Assembly (NCBI GenBank): GCA_965203905.1
Contig: CBDBDQ010000005.1
Span: 4,864,001-4,928,000 of the forward strand
Origin: Spirochaetia bacterium
GTDB lineage: Bacteria > Spirochaetota > Spirochaetia > SZUA-6 > Bin103
Reading direction: 5' to 3'
Length of the DNA stretch: 64,000 nt
Shown: piece by piece, positions 1 through 10,000 of the stretch
Numbering within the stretch: the first letter of the stretch is position 1
How the letters are laid out: the number at the start of each line of letters is the position of its first letter
Notes under the pieces: generated by a model
What the model was told of the DNA's origin: nothing
What the model saw: the letters and a program-made list of their open reading frames with translations, nothing else
Database searches by the model: none
Translations under genes and position numbers: made by a program

Positions 1-87
1 GTCTGACACTGCCGGCTCGGTGCGGCGGTAGCCATCGAGACGGCGACGGCAGTGCCGTGCCCGCGCAACTCAAATCCTGGAGGGACA

Positions 88-1746
88 ATGAAACGAACGA
101 TTCTCGCAGTTTTCTTGTGCAGTATAGCCATCGCTGTGGCATGGGCAGGGCCGGCCACGGAGCAGGGATCAGCCGCCGCCGTGGAGGCGCCGGATGACAT
201 CTGGGCCAGGTACGACCCGTCGATAACGGTCACCTCGGTGTTCTCTCTCAGCGCCTTCATCGAGGACGCGTTGAACCAGAAGCCCGACGTGATGGATGAC
301 AACGTGTGGACCAGGGGATATCGCGATGACCTGGGCATCGAGATCGAGTTGCTGTGGACGGTTCCCAGCGCCCAGTACGATGAAAAGCTCAGCCTCGCGA
401 TAGCGGCCAACGACCTTCCCGACGTGATCCCGACCAACGCCATTCAATTCAAGCTGCTGGTGGACTCCGGGGTGGCGATGGATATCACGTCCCTGTTCGA
501 GGCCTACGCCTCGCCGCTGACCAGGCAGATGCAGGAACTGGACAACCAGGTTTCCATCTCCCAGTCCACGGTCGACGGCAAGCTGTACGCGCTGCCCCTG
601 ATCTACGGCAACGTGGACAACAGCCAGCTCCTGTGGATCCGCGCGGACTGGCTCGAGGCCCTGGACATGGAAGCGCCCACGACCATCGACGAGCTGGTGC
701 AACTCGCCGAGGCGTTCGTCAACAACGATCCTGATGGAAACGGAGAGGACGACACCCTCGGGCTGGGGGTGGTGAAGGACCTGTTCAGCACGGGATTCGC
801 CGACCTGAACGGCTTCTTCGAAGCGTTCGGCGCCTATCCCGGCGGCTGGCTGCAGGATTCATCGGGCAATCTCATGTACGGCGACATCCAGCCGGAGATG
901 AAGACGGCGCTCACCAAGGTGGCGGAGATGTTCGAGGCCGGCCTCATCGACCAGGAATTCGTGGTCAAGGACGGCGGCAAGGTCGCGGAAAGCACCACCA
1001 ACGGCAACCTGGGCATGGTGTTCGGCCAGCATTGGATTCCATTCTGGCCGTTGCAGGATGGCAAGAACCGGAACACCAACGCGGACTGGCGGGCATATCC
1101 CCTTCCGTCGGCCACCGGAACTCCGACCAGGACCATGCTGGGCGGCAGCGCCAACCGCTACTACGTCCTCAACTCGGAGATGGAGAACCCAGAGGCGGCG
1201 GTCAAGCTGCTGAATTACTTCATCCAGAAGTACAGCTCGCTCTACAGTCCCGATTACGAGCTGAAGTACATCGGTTCGACCGGGACCGGCGAGACCAATA
1301 TCGACGAGTACTGGGAGTATGGCGTGATCCAGTCGTGGCAGCCGAACGAGAACATAGTGTTCTGGGATCTGCTCAAGAAGTATCTCGATACCGGGGATGA
1401 GCAGTATGCCGAGAATACCCTGATCAAGCAGTTCTCGGTCGACATCGCGGCCTACCACGAAGGGGAAGATGTGTATTGGTCGACCTACGCCTGGATCGGT
1501 CCGCAGGGTCCCTACAGCGTGATCAACGGCTATTTCGAGAACGGTCAGACGATACAGAGCGCCTACGTAAAGGCGAACACTCCCTCGATGACGGCACGGG
1601 GCCCGGCGCTGTCCCAGCTCAGGGCGGAGATGTTCACCAAGATCATCACCGGTGCCGAGTCGCCGGATACCTTCGACGAGTACGTGGCGACCTGGAAGCG
1701 TCTGGGTGGCGACGACATCACCGAAGAGGTGAATGCGGTCCAGTAG
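88..1746 (+). CDS. Carbohydrate ABC transporter substrate-binding protein (LplA-like, family 1)
   Basis: GGAGG RBS before ATG 88; signal peptide ...AVAWAG; motifs KLSLAIAANDLPD, LWIRADWLEAL...PTTIDEL, DPDGNGEDDT; followed by two permeases. Confidence 0.9.
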   Translation: MKRTILAVFLCSIAIAVAWAGPATEQGSAAAVEAPDDIWARYDPSITVTSVFSLSAFIEDALNQKPDVMDDNVWTRGYRDDLGIEIELLWTVPSAQYDEKLSLAIAANDLPDVIPTNAIQFKLLVDSGVAMDITSLFEAYASPLTRQMQELDNQVSISQSTVDGKLYALPLIYGNVDNSQLLWIRADWLEALDMEAPTTIDELVQLAEAFVNNDPDGNGEDDTLGLGVVKDLFSTGFADLNGFFEAFGAYPGGWLQDSSGNLMYGDIQPEMKTALTKVAEMFEAGLIDQEFVVKDGGKVAESTTNGNLGMVFGQHWIPFWPLQDGKNRNTNADWRAYPLPSATGTPTRTMLGGSANRYYVLNSEMENPEAAVKLLNYFIQKYSSLYSPDYELKYIGSTGTGETNIDEYWEYGVIQSWQPNENIVFWDLLKKYLDTGDEQYAENTLIKQFSVDIAAYHEGEDVYWSTYAWIGPQGPYSVINGYFENGQTIQSAYVKANTPSMTARGPALSQLRAEMFTKIITGAESPDTFDEYVATWKRLGGDDITEEVNAVQ

Positions 1747-1813
1747 GGGAGCGCTGGATTACGCTCGGGTGCTGCCGGGACCGCGGTTCCGGCGGCACCG
1801 CTGAAGCTGCGTT

Positions 1814-2731
1814 GTGTTCAAGCTCAAAGCGGCGACGATGACCAGGTTCCGGGTGCAACTGCCCATGCACCTGATGTTGCTGCCGTGCATCATCCCGGTG
1901 CTGATCTTTTCCTACTACCCCATGGTCGGTATCGTGATCGCGTTCGAGCGCTTCTTTCCGAATCGCGGCTTCTTCCACTCACCGTTCGTCGGACTCAAGA
2001 ACTTCGAATACGTTCTGAACCTTCCCAACACCTACCAGGTGCTGTGGAACACGGTATTCATCTCGGCGATGAAGATCGTCGCGGGAATCGTGGTTCCCGT
2101 ACTGTTCTCCATTTTGCTCGACCTGGTGAGGAGCTCGGGCGTGCGGAGGACGGTGCAGACGATCATCTACATGCCCTACTTCCTGTCGTGGGTGATCCTG
2201 TCGGGGATTCTGATCGACGTTCTCTCCCCCAACTCCGGGGTGGTGAACCAGCTCATCAAGATGCTCGGAATGGAGCCGGTCTTCTTTCTGGCCAACGAAC
2301 GGCTGTTCCCGTTCGTGCTGGTGGTTACCGATACCTGGAAGAACTTCGGCTACGGCACGGTGATCTTTCTGGCCGCGATCGCCGGTATCGCGCCGTCGCT
2401 GTACGAATCCAGCAGGATCGACGGTGCCAACCGGTTCCAGCAGGCGATCCACATCACGCTGCCGGGGATGCTGCCGATCGTGGCCCTGATCGCCACCCTG
2501 AGTCTGGGCGACGTGCTGAATGCCGGGTTCGACCAGGTGTTCAACCTGTACAGCCCCGTGGTCTACCGGACCGGCGACATCCTCGACACGCTGGTGTACC
2601 GGGTGGGACTGTTGAACAGCCAGTACGGGGTGGCGGCGGCGATCGGCCTGTTCAAGTCCGTGGTGTCGATCATCTTCATCGGCACGGCGTATTGGGTGTC
2701 GGGACGGTTCCTGGAATACCGGGTGTTCTGA
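1814..2731 (+). CDS. Carbohydrate ABC transporter permease (LplB-like)
   Basis: QTIIYMPYFLSWV and EAA loop LYESSRIDGANRFQQAIHITLP; start may be ATG 1838. Confidence 0.92.
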   Translation: MFKLKAATMTRFRVQLPMHLMLLPCIIPVLIFSYYPMVGIVIAFERFFPNRGFFHSPFVGLKNFEYVLNLPNTYQVLWNTVFISAMKIVAGIVVPVLFSILLDLVRSSGVRRTVQTIIYMPYFLSWVILSGILIDVLSPNSGVVNQLIKMLGMEPVFFLANERLFPFVLVVTDTWKNFGYGTVIFLAAIAGIAPSLYESSRIDGANRFQQAIHITLPGMLPIVALIATLSLGDVLNAGFDQVFNLYSPVVYRTGDILDTLVYRVGLLNSQYGVAAAIGLFKSVVSIIFIGTAYWVSGRFLEYRVF

Positions 2732-2732
2732 G

Positions 2733-3653
2733 GTGGACGCGCAACCCGGCCGCAAGCGGTGGACAGGAGTCACCAGCCAGGGCTCGGTGCTGTTCGACGC
2801 CTGCAACCTCGCGTTCCTGGTGGCGGCGGCGCTGCTGTGCCTGTTCCCGATCGTCAACGTGCTGTCGGTGTCCCTGAGTTCCAGTTCGGCGGCAGCGGCC
2901 GGAGTGGTCGGGATCTGGCCCGTGGAATTCACCCTTTCGTCATACACCTACGCGCTGACCAAGAAGTCGTTTCTCACCGCGTTCGTGGTTTCCTTGCAGC
3001 GGGTGGCGCTGGGGATCGTGGTAAACATGCTGCTCACGATCCTGGCCGCGTATCCGCTCTCCAAGACCGGGCGGGAGCTCTGGGGTCGAAACTTCTACGC
3101 CTGGTTCTTCTTCTTCACGATGGTCTTCAACGGCGGGCTGATCCCCTGGTACATGGTGATCAAGCAGGTGGGGCTGATCGACAACATCCTGGCCCTGATC
3201 CTGCCCAACGCGGTGCAGGTGTTCTTCGTCCTGGTGCTGATGAACTTCTTCCGCCAGTTGCCCAAGGAGATCAGCGAGTCGGCCCTCATCGACGGCGCCG
3301 GGCATTGGTCCATCATGTGGAAGATCCACGTGCCGCTGTCGCTGCCGTCGATCGCCACCCTGGTGCTGTTCTCCTTCGTGTTCCACTGGAACTCGTGGTT
3401 CGACGGCCTGATCCTGATGACCTCGCCGACTCGCTACCCGTTGCAGACCTACATGCAGGCGATCCTGGAGGTTGTGGATCCGCTGCGCCTGAAGGGGATG
3501 ACCGCGGAGCAGATCGCGGAGTTGATGAAGGTGTCGAACCGGACCTTGAAGTCGTCGCAGATCTTCATCGCCGCGGCGCCGGTGCTGGCGGTGTATCCGT
3601 TCCTGCAGAAATACTTCATGAAGGGGCTGCTGCTGGGCAGCGTGAAGGGGTAA
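2733..3653 (+). CDS. Carbohydrate ABC transporter permease (LplC-like)
   Basis: TMVFNGGLIPWY, ESALIDGA, C-terminal YPFLQKYFMKGLLLGSVKG. Confidence 0.92.
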   Translation: MDAQPGRKRWTGVTSQGSVLFDACNLAFLVAAALLCLFPIVNVLSVSLSSSSAAAAGVVGIWPVEFTLSSYTYALTKKSFLTAFVVSLQRVALGIVVNMLLTILAAYPLSKTGRELWGRNFYAWFFFFTMVFNGGLIPWYMVIKQVGLIDNILALILPNAVQVFFVLVLMNFFRQLPKEISESALIDGAGHWSIMWKIHVPLSLPSIATLVLFSFVFHWNSWFDGLILMTSPTRYPLQTYMQAILEVVDPLRLKGMTAEQIAELMKVSNRTLKSSQIFIAAAPVLAVYPFLQKYFMKGLLLGSVKG

Positions 3654-3662
3654 TGGTGTCTC

Positions 3663-5288
3663 ATGAATGAGAGGAGGCAAGCTGACGTGGTGACTGATTC
3701 GATGACGGAACAGGCGGCGCCGTGCACGATGGTGATCTTTGGCGCCTCGGGCGATCTGACGGTCCGCAAGCTGATCCCCGGGCTGTACGAGCTGTACGGG
3801 CGGGGGCTGCTGCCGGAGCGCTTCGCGGTGCTCGGCGCGGGGCGTAGCGCGATGAGCGACGAGCAGTTCCGCGGCAAGATGGCGGCTGCGCTGGGCGACG
3901 GCGCGGATGCCCGGCCGCGCTCGGAGACCGAGCGGTTTCTGGCGGCGCTGCACTACCAGCAACTGGACACCGCCGCCGCGGCCGAATACGAGAAGCTCGC
4001 CGCCCGTCTGGACGCGGTCGCCGCCGCGGCCGGGACCGGGGGCAACGTGCTCTTCTACCTGGCGACGCCGCCAAGCCTGTTCGAGCCGATCGCCGGCGGC
4101 CTGGCGGGCGCCGGGATGGCGGCGGAGCGGGAGGGCGCATGGCGCCGCCTGATCGTGGAGAAGCCGTTCGGATACGACCTGGAGTCGGCGCACGCGCTGA
4201 ACGAGCGGCTGCACGCCTGGTTCACCGAGCGGCAGATCTACCGCATCGACCACTACCTGGGGAAGGAGACGGTGCAGAACGTCCTGGTCCTGCGGTTCGC
4301 CAACGAGGTGTGGGAGCCGCTGTGGAACCGCGCAACCATCGACCGGGTGGAGATCACCGCCGCCGAGCAGGTCGGCGTCGAGGGACGCGGCGGCTATTAC
4401 GACGAGTCGGGGGCGCTACGCGACATGGTGCAGAACCACTTGCTGCAGGTGGTGGGGATGATCGCCATGGAGCCGCCGGCGCACTTCCTGCCCGGCGCGG
4501 TGCGCAACGAGACGGTGAAGGTGTTCGACTCCCTGCGCCCGATCGCCCCGTCACAGGTCGCCGCGCAGGTGGTGCGCGGCCAGTACACCGGCTCCTTGAT
4601 CACCGGCGGCGCCATGGCCGGCTACCGCGAGGAGCCGGGCGTGCCGCCTGACTCGCGCACCGAGACCTACGTGGCGCTGCGCTTCTACATCGACAACCGG
4701 CGCTGGGCCGGAGTCCCGTTCCTGGTGCGCACCGGCAAGCGCCTGCCGGCGCGCGTGACCGAGGTGGTGATTCACTTCAGGCAGGTGCCGCACCACCTGT
4801 TCGGCACCCCGCCGGCAGAGTTGATCGCCGGAGAGGCGGATCCCGCGAGCCCGCGGCGGGACACGGTGTCGGCGGCGGCCGCCGCGGCCAGCAAGCTGAT
4901 CATCCGCATCCAGCCCGACGAGGCGATCCAGCTGCGCTGCAACGTGAAGCTGCCGGGCGCCGGCTTCGACGTGCGCCAGGTGGGGCTGGACTTCCGTTAT
5001 GCCGACCTGACCGACACCTACCTGCCCGACGCCTACGAACGGCTGCTGCTGGATTGCATCATGGGCGACGCGACCCTGTACGCCCGCGCCGATGCCATCG
5101 AGTCGTGCTGGGAGTTCGTGCAGCCGATCCTGAGCGCCTGGCGCGAGCAGCCCGGCATCCCGCTGCACGGCTACCCCGCCGGAAGCTGGGGCCCGGCCGC
5201 CGCCTCCAGCCTGTTCTGGCGCCGCGGCTACGGCTGGCGCACCCCGATGCCGTCCCTCACCGATCCCGGCGGCCGCGTCGACCTGTAA
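3663..5288 (+). CDS. zwf: Glucose-6-phosphate 1-dehydrogenase
   Basis: GASGDLT, EKPFG, RIDHYLGKE, RDMVQNHLLQ, RTGKRL, DAYERLL motifs. Confidence 0.97.
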   Translation: MNERRQADVVTDSMTEQAAPCTMVIFGASGDLTVRKLIPGLYELYGRGLLPERFAVLGAGRSAMSDEQFRGKMAAALGDGADARPRSETERFLAALHYQQLDTAAAAEYEKLAARLDAVAAAAGTGGNVLFYLATPPSLFEPIAGGLAGAGMAAEREGAWRRLIVEKPFGYDLESAHALNERLHAWFTERQIYRIDHYLGKETVQNVLVLRFANEVWEPLWNRATIDRVEITAAEQVGVEGRGGYYDESGALRDMVQNHLLQVVGMIAMEPPAHFLPGAVRNETVKVFDSLRPIAPSQVAAQVVRGQYTGSLITGGAMAGYREEPGVPPDSRTETYVALRFYIDNRRWAGVPFLVRTGKRLPARVTEVVIHFRQVPHHLFGTPPAELIAGEADPASPRRDTVSAAAAAASKLIIRIQPDEAIQLRCNVKLPGAGFDVRQVGLDFRYADLTDTYLPDAYERLLLDCIMGDATLYARADAIESCWEFVQPILSAWREQPGIPLHGYPAGSWGPAAASSLFWRRGYGWRTPMPSLTDPGGRVDL

Positions 5289-5291
5289 ACC

Positions 5292-6164
5292 TCAGAGCCA
5301 GTCGGTCCAGGAGTGGCGTGCCTGGTAGCCGACGGCGGCCCGCGCCTTGGAGCAGCTCACGAACGCCTGCCGGCCGCTGAGGTCGACCGGGATCGTGCCG
5401 AGCAGCTCCGGGCGCAGGCGCTCCACCAGCTCACGTGACTCCTCCGGGGCGCGGTGGTCGGCGGCGCCGGCGTAGTAGCACGCGGCCGGCGGCAGCCGCT
5501 CCAGGGCGTCGAACAGGAGCCGGTGGGCACGGGCCACGTCGCGGATGTCCACGTAGTGCCACAGCGCGGACTCCCACTCGGTGGTCGGCGCGATGTTCGC
5601 CGCGTGCTCCTGCAACTGCTCCGGGGTCCAGATCCAGGCCGGCCGGCATGCGACCGAGTGGATGCCGTGCGCGCGCCAGAACCACTCCAGCATCATCTCC
5701 CCCGCCATCTTCGAGAAGATGTAGGACTCGGTGATGCAACCGGGGTGGTCGTCATCGATCGGCAGGTACCGATAGGTGGTGGTGCCGCCCTTCATGGTGA
5801 CCACCGAGCTGGTCTGGACCAGCTTCCGGACACCCGCCTCCGCAGCCGCCGTCAGCAGGTAGTAGAGGCCGAGCACGTTGACCCGCATCGTGGTGTCGAA
5901 CGGCGGTCCGCCGCCGTCGCGTCCGGCCTTGTCGGTGGCATACGGAATGGCTCCGAGCGCGACGATCGCCTCCGGCTCACTGGCGGCGATCACCCGGCGA
6001 CAGTCGGCAAAGTCGGTCAGGTCGGCGCTCACGAAGGGCAGGTGAGCGCGGTCATCCGGCGGCGGCCTGACGTCGGTCAGCACCACCTGGTGATCGGAGA
6101 ACTCCCGCGCCACGTAGCCCGCGAGCCGGCCGCTGCCTCCGGTGATCAGCACGTTCATGGTCAT
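5292..6164 (-). CDS. NAD-dependent epimerase/dehydratase (extended SDR)
   Basis: VLITGGSGRLA, TSS and YIFSK (YxxxK) motifs; start probably ATG 6164 or 6158 rather than 6296. Confidence 0.88.
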   Translation of the reverse strand: MTMNVLITGGSGRLAGYVAREFSDHQVVLTDVRPPPDDRAHLPFVSADLTDFADCRRVIAASEPEAIVALGAIPYATDKAGRDGGGPPFDTTMRVNVLGLYYLLTAAAEAGVRKLVQTSSVVTMKGGTTTYRYLPIDDDHPGCITESYIFSKMAGEMMLEWFWRAHGIHSVACRPAWIWTPEQLQEHAANIAPTTEWESALWHYVDIRDVARAHRLLFDALERLPPAACYYAGAADHRAPEESRELVERLRPELLGTIPVDLSGRQAFVSCSKARAAVGYQARHSWTDWL

Positions 6165-6222
6165 CCCCCGCCCTGCGTCGGTTGCTTGACGCATGTTGTA
6201 ACCCAGCCGTAGGATTCGCGCC

Positions 6223-7200
6223 ATGGCCAACCGGGTCGAGGCCGCCGCCATCACGGTGGCGCCTCTGCGCCAGCGATTCATCAAGGTACTGATCAAGAAG
6301 CGCTACCTGTACCTGATGATGGTGCCGGTGCTGGCCTGGTACCTCGTGTTCCAGTACGCGCCGATGTACGGCATCGTGCTGGCGTTCCAGGACTACAAGT
6401 TCTCGCGCGGCTTCGCCAGCCCGTTCGTCGGCTTCGACAACTTCATCCGCCTGTTCACCGACAGGAACTTTCAGCTCGCGTTCCGCAACACGGTGGTGAT
6501 CAACGTGCTGCGCTTCATCTTCGGCGTGCCGGCGCCGGTGCTGTTCGCGCTGCTGCTCAACGAGGTGTTCCACTCCGGCTACAAGCGGGTAGTGCAGACC
6601 GTGACCTACCTGCCGCACTTCGTCTCCTGGGTGGCGCTGGCCGGCATCATCAACACGCTGCTGGTCAGGGACACCGGCGCGGTCAACGTGCTGCTGCAGG
6701 CGCTCGGCTTCGAGCAGGTGGGCTTCCTGATCGACAACCGTTATTTCCGCTGGGTCCTGATCTCCACCGAGCTGTGGAAGGAGACCGGCTGGACCTCGAT
6801 CATCTACCTGGCGGCGATCGCCGGCATCGACCCGGCGCTGTACGAGTGCGCGCAGGTGGAAGGCGCCAAGCGGCGCCAGATGGCGTGGTACATCACCCTG
6901 CCGAGCATCTCCAATACGGTGGCGATCATGGCGATCATCTTCCTCGGCCACATCCTGGCGATCGGCTTCGACCAGATCTTCAACCTGTACAACCCCGTGG
7001 TCTATGAAACCGCGGACATCCTGGACACCTACATCGTCAGGAATCTGCAGCAGAACCCGAAGTTCGGGCTCCTGTCGGCGGCCAGCATCGTCAAGTCGGT
7101 GGTGGGATTGGGCTTGCTGATCGCGGCCAACAACGCCTGCAAGCTGTTCAACATGGAAGGCATCTACGGGTCGCAGAGCAACGTGGGGGCGATGCGCTGA
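6223..7200 (+). CDS. Carbohydrate ABC transporter permease (LplB-like)
   Basis: QTVTYLPHFVSWV, WKETGW..IIYLAAIAGIDPALYE. Confidence 0.92.
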   Translation: MANRVEAAAITVAPLRQRFIKVLIKKRYLYLMMVPVLAWYLVFQYAPMYGIVLAFQDYKFSRGFASPFVGFDNFIRLFTDRNFQLAFRNTVVINVLRFIFGVPAPVLFALLLNEVFHSGYKRVVQTVTYLPHFVSWVALAGIINTLLVRDTGAVNVLLQALGFEQVGFLIDNRYFRWVLISTELWKETGWTSIIYLAAIAGIDPALYECAQVEGAKRRQMAWYITLPSISNTVAIMAIIFLGHILAIGFDQIFNLYNPVVYETADILDTYIVRNLQQNPKFGLLSAASIVKSVVGLGLLIAANNACKLFNMEGIYGSQSNVGAMR

Positions 7201-7202
7201 TC

Positions 7203-8054
7203 ATGTCCCGGCAGCGCATGCGGTCGTTCGACTATATCAACTACTTCCTGCTGCTGGTGGCCACGTTGGTCACCCTGTATCCGTTCTGGTACATAATGGT
7301 GGTCGCCACCGCCACGGAGCGCGGCTTCTTCGCCGACTACTACCACATCATCCCCAAGAGCTTCACCCTGGCCAGCTTCCAGACCGCGCTGTCGCGCCCG
7401 CTGGTGTACGTCGCCTTCTTCGTCAGCGTGCTGGTGACCACCGCCGGCACCGCGCTGAGCCTGCTTCTCACCTCGATGGGCGCCTACGTGCTGTCCAAGA
7501 ACGACCTTCCCGGCAGGAACTTCTTCTTCCGGCTGATCATCTTCACCATGTTCTTTTCCGGCGGTCTGATTCCGCTGTACATCCTGCTTACCAACCTGGG
7601 CATGCGCAACTCGCTGCTGGTGCTGTTCGTGCCCAACGCCATCAACACCTTCAACCTGATCCTGATGAAGAACTACTTCGCCACCTCGGTGCCGCAGAGC
7701 CTGGAGGACTCGGCCAAGATCGACGGCTACAACGAGATCCAGATCCTGTTCCTGATCGTGCTGCCGACCTCGATGCCGATCGTGGCGACCATCGGCCTGT
7801 TCTACTCGGTGTACTTCTGGAACGACTGGTTCTTCCCGATGCTGTTCATCTCCGACGCCAAGCTCTATCCATTGTCGATGGTGATGCGCAACCTGGTCGT
7901 CAGCGCAACCTCGGTGTTCGTGCCGATCGACGTGGTTCCGGAGATGTTGAAGGCCGCGGTGATCGCGATCAGCATCATCCCGATCGTGATGGTCTATCCG
8001 TTCATCCAGAAGCACTTCGTCAAGGGCATCCTGCTCGGGGCGGTCAAGGAGTGA
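7203..8054 (+). CDS. Carbohydrate ABC transporter permease (LplC-like)
   Basis: TMFFSGGLIPLY, LEDSAKIDG, YPFIQKHFVKGILLGAVKE. Confidence 0.92.
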   Translation: MSRQRMRSFDYINYFLLLVATLVTLYPFWYIMVVATATERGFFADYYHIIPKSFTLASFQTALSRPLVYVAFFVSVLVTTAGTALSLLLTSMGAYVLSKNDLPGRNFFFRLIIFTMFFSGGLIPLYILLTNLGMRNSLLVLFVPNAINTFNLILMKNYFATSVPQSLEDSAKIDGYNEIQILFLIVLPTSMPIVATIGLFYSVYFWNDWFFPMLFISDAKLYPLSMVMRNLVVSATSVFVPIDVVPEMLKAAVIAISIIPIVMVYPFIQKHFVKGILLGAVKE

Positions 8055-8107
8055 GCCAAATTCGCGCAGCGTCCGCTGCAGATTCCACCATTTCAAGGAG
8101 GTGTCGA

Positions 8108-9724
8108 ATGACATCCAAGATCCCATTCAGGGCAGGCAGCCGCACGCGTTTCTGCATCGCGGCGGGGGCCTGCATCGCAATGCTGCTGACCATGAGCGCC
8201 ACGGTATGGGCCACGGGCGAGACCGAGGCCGCGGCCGTGGAGGTCGTGCCGATCAAGGTGTTCGTGCCCGGGCCGTTGCGCATGGACCCGGAGACCGACC
8301 TCAGCATCAATGAGATGGAGCGCCGCCTGAACATCGATCTGCAGATCGTGGGCGGCCCCTGGGACCAGGTGTGGTCGAAGCTCAACCTGATGGTGGCCTC
8401 GGGAGACCCGCTGGACATCATGCACGTCAACAACGGAGGCACGAACCCCTGGCAGCAGTGGGCGCAGGAGGGGCTGATCGCCAACCTGGACGAGTACGTC
8501 ACGCCGGAGAAATATCCCTTCATCCACAAGGTGATGACCGCCGACATGTTCAAGCCGCTGACCATCGACGGCGCCCACTACTACGTGCCCGGCACCCATC
8601 ATGGCTACGACTGGCAGTTCCACGTCCGCCAGGACTGGCTGGACAACCTTGGCCTGTCGATGCCGAGCACGCCGGACGAGTTGTACGAGGTGCTCAAGGC
8701 GTTCAGCGAGGACGATCCGGACGGCAACGGCAAGGACGATACCACCGGCTTCGTCACCAGCGCCTCCACCGGCGTGGGGACGCCGATTTTCATGGCCTAC
8801 AACGCCAGTGCCAGCATCAAGGACATGGAGGTGCAGGCGGATGGCACGGTGATCTCGCTGGCCGCCCACCAGGGCACCCTGGAGGCGCTCAAGTTCGGCA
8901 ACCGGCTGTACCGCGAAGGCGCCCTGAACACCGACTTCATCAACCACCCCAACAACGAGGAAGCCTCCAACGCGTGGATCTACTCCAATCGCGGCGGCGC
9001 CTTCTTTGCCCCGGTCGCGTACGTCACTCCCAACCGGGTGGAGCGCATCGGGGTGCCGGAGGCGGCGTTCGACTCGCCCGATCCGCCCGTCGTGGCGCCC
9101 GGCTACAAGCTGAACGGGGCCGGCGTGTCGTGGTGGCTGCTGCTCGGCGTCTCCGCTGACTCCAAGTACATCGACAAGTCGCTGGAGGTGATCGAGTTCG
9201 CCAACAGCCGCGAGGGCCGCCAACTGTTCGTGGCCGGCATCGAGGGCCGCCACTGGAGCAACATGGTGGACGGGATCTACGACCTCGATTTCGAGCAATG
9301 GTCCAAGGACTACGATGTCGAGTTGGTGAACAAGTCGTGGCCACGCTGGTGGGGTTTCTTCAGCACCGTTCACGGCTACATTCCGATCAACGACTATCCC
9401 ACCTTCGAGGAGGCGATGGCCAACGTGGAGGTGTGGGCCAACCGCGAGGACTTCGAAGCCGGCGGCAGCGCCGTGCAGCGGATCAACGAGGCCAAGCCGC
9501 TGGTGCGGCCCAACCCGATGGACCTGGTCACCCTGTCCGAGGTCGAGGATATCCGCGTGAACCTGGACGAGAACATTCGCGCGCCGCTGTTCGCGAAGAT
9601 GCTGATCGCCGACTCCGAGGCGGAGGTCGAGGCGCTGTGGGCGGAATACCTGCAGGGCTTGAAGGACAACCGTTTCGACGAGTTCGTCCAGGCCTACCAG
9701 GACTACGCCGACGCCAACCTGTAG
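8108..9724 (+). CDS. Carbohydrate ABC transporter substrate-binding protein
   Basis: AAGGAGG RBS before ATG 8108; signal ...VWATG; KLNLMVASGDPLD, VRQDWLDNLGLSMP, DPDGNGKDDT. Confidence 0.9.
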   Translation: MTSKIPFRAGSRTRFCIAAGACIAMLLTMSATVWATGETEAAAVEVVPIKVFVPGPLRMDPETDLSINEMERRLNIDLQIVGGPWDQVWSKLNLMVASGDPLDIMHVNNGGTNPWQQWAQEGLIANLDEYVTPEKYPFIHKVMTADMFKPLTIDGAHYYVPGTHHGYDWQFHVRQDWLDNLGLSMPSTPDELYEVLKAFSEDDPDGNGKDDTTGFVTSASTGVGTPIFMAYNASASIKDMEVQADGTVISLAAHQGTLEALKFGNRLYREGALNTDFINHPNNEEASNAWIYSNRGGAFFAPVAYVTPNRVERIGVPEAAFDSPDPPVVAPGYKLNGAGVSWWLLLGVSADSKYIDKSLEVIEFANSREGRQLFVAGIEGRHWSNMVDGIYDLDFEQWSKDYDVELVNKSWPRWWGFFSTVHGYIPINDYPTFEEAMANVEVWANREDFEAGGSAVQRINEAKPLVRPNPMDLVTLSEVEDIRVNLDENIRAPLFAKMLIADSEAEVEALWAEYLQGLKDNRFDEFVQAYQDYADANL

Positions 9725-9770
9725 CCACCTGTAGCCACAACGGTAATTCTTTATATCGTCTGCCGTTGAG

Positions 9771-9798
9771 AGAGAGCCCGCCACCCGGCGGGCTCTCT
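9771..9798 (+). terminator. Stem-loop downstream of the binding-protein gene (probable terminator)
   Basis: AGAGAGCCCGCC-ACCC-GGCGGGCTCTCT perfect 12-bp stem, weak T tail. Confidence 0.6.
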
Positions 9799-10000
9799 TC
9801 GTGTCCGGTGTACCGTCCTGGCCGATCGACTCGTACGAGTTCTGGCGCATTGGGTCGTCATCAGGTCCACGACGAGAGCACCTCACCGGCGCGCCACCAC
9901 ACCTTCCGACGCTTCGCGCGGCCCTATTCACCCACCGGTTTCGTTTGACAATTGATATTGACATGGGGCAGGTTGGCTCGGTCGAGACCATGGAGACCCC

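Noticed and set aside
9717-9738. ACCTGTAGCC tandem duplication at the binding-protein stop codon as a target-site duplication
   Set aside because: The copies are adjacent with no element between them; too short to support a claim.
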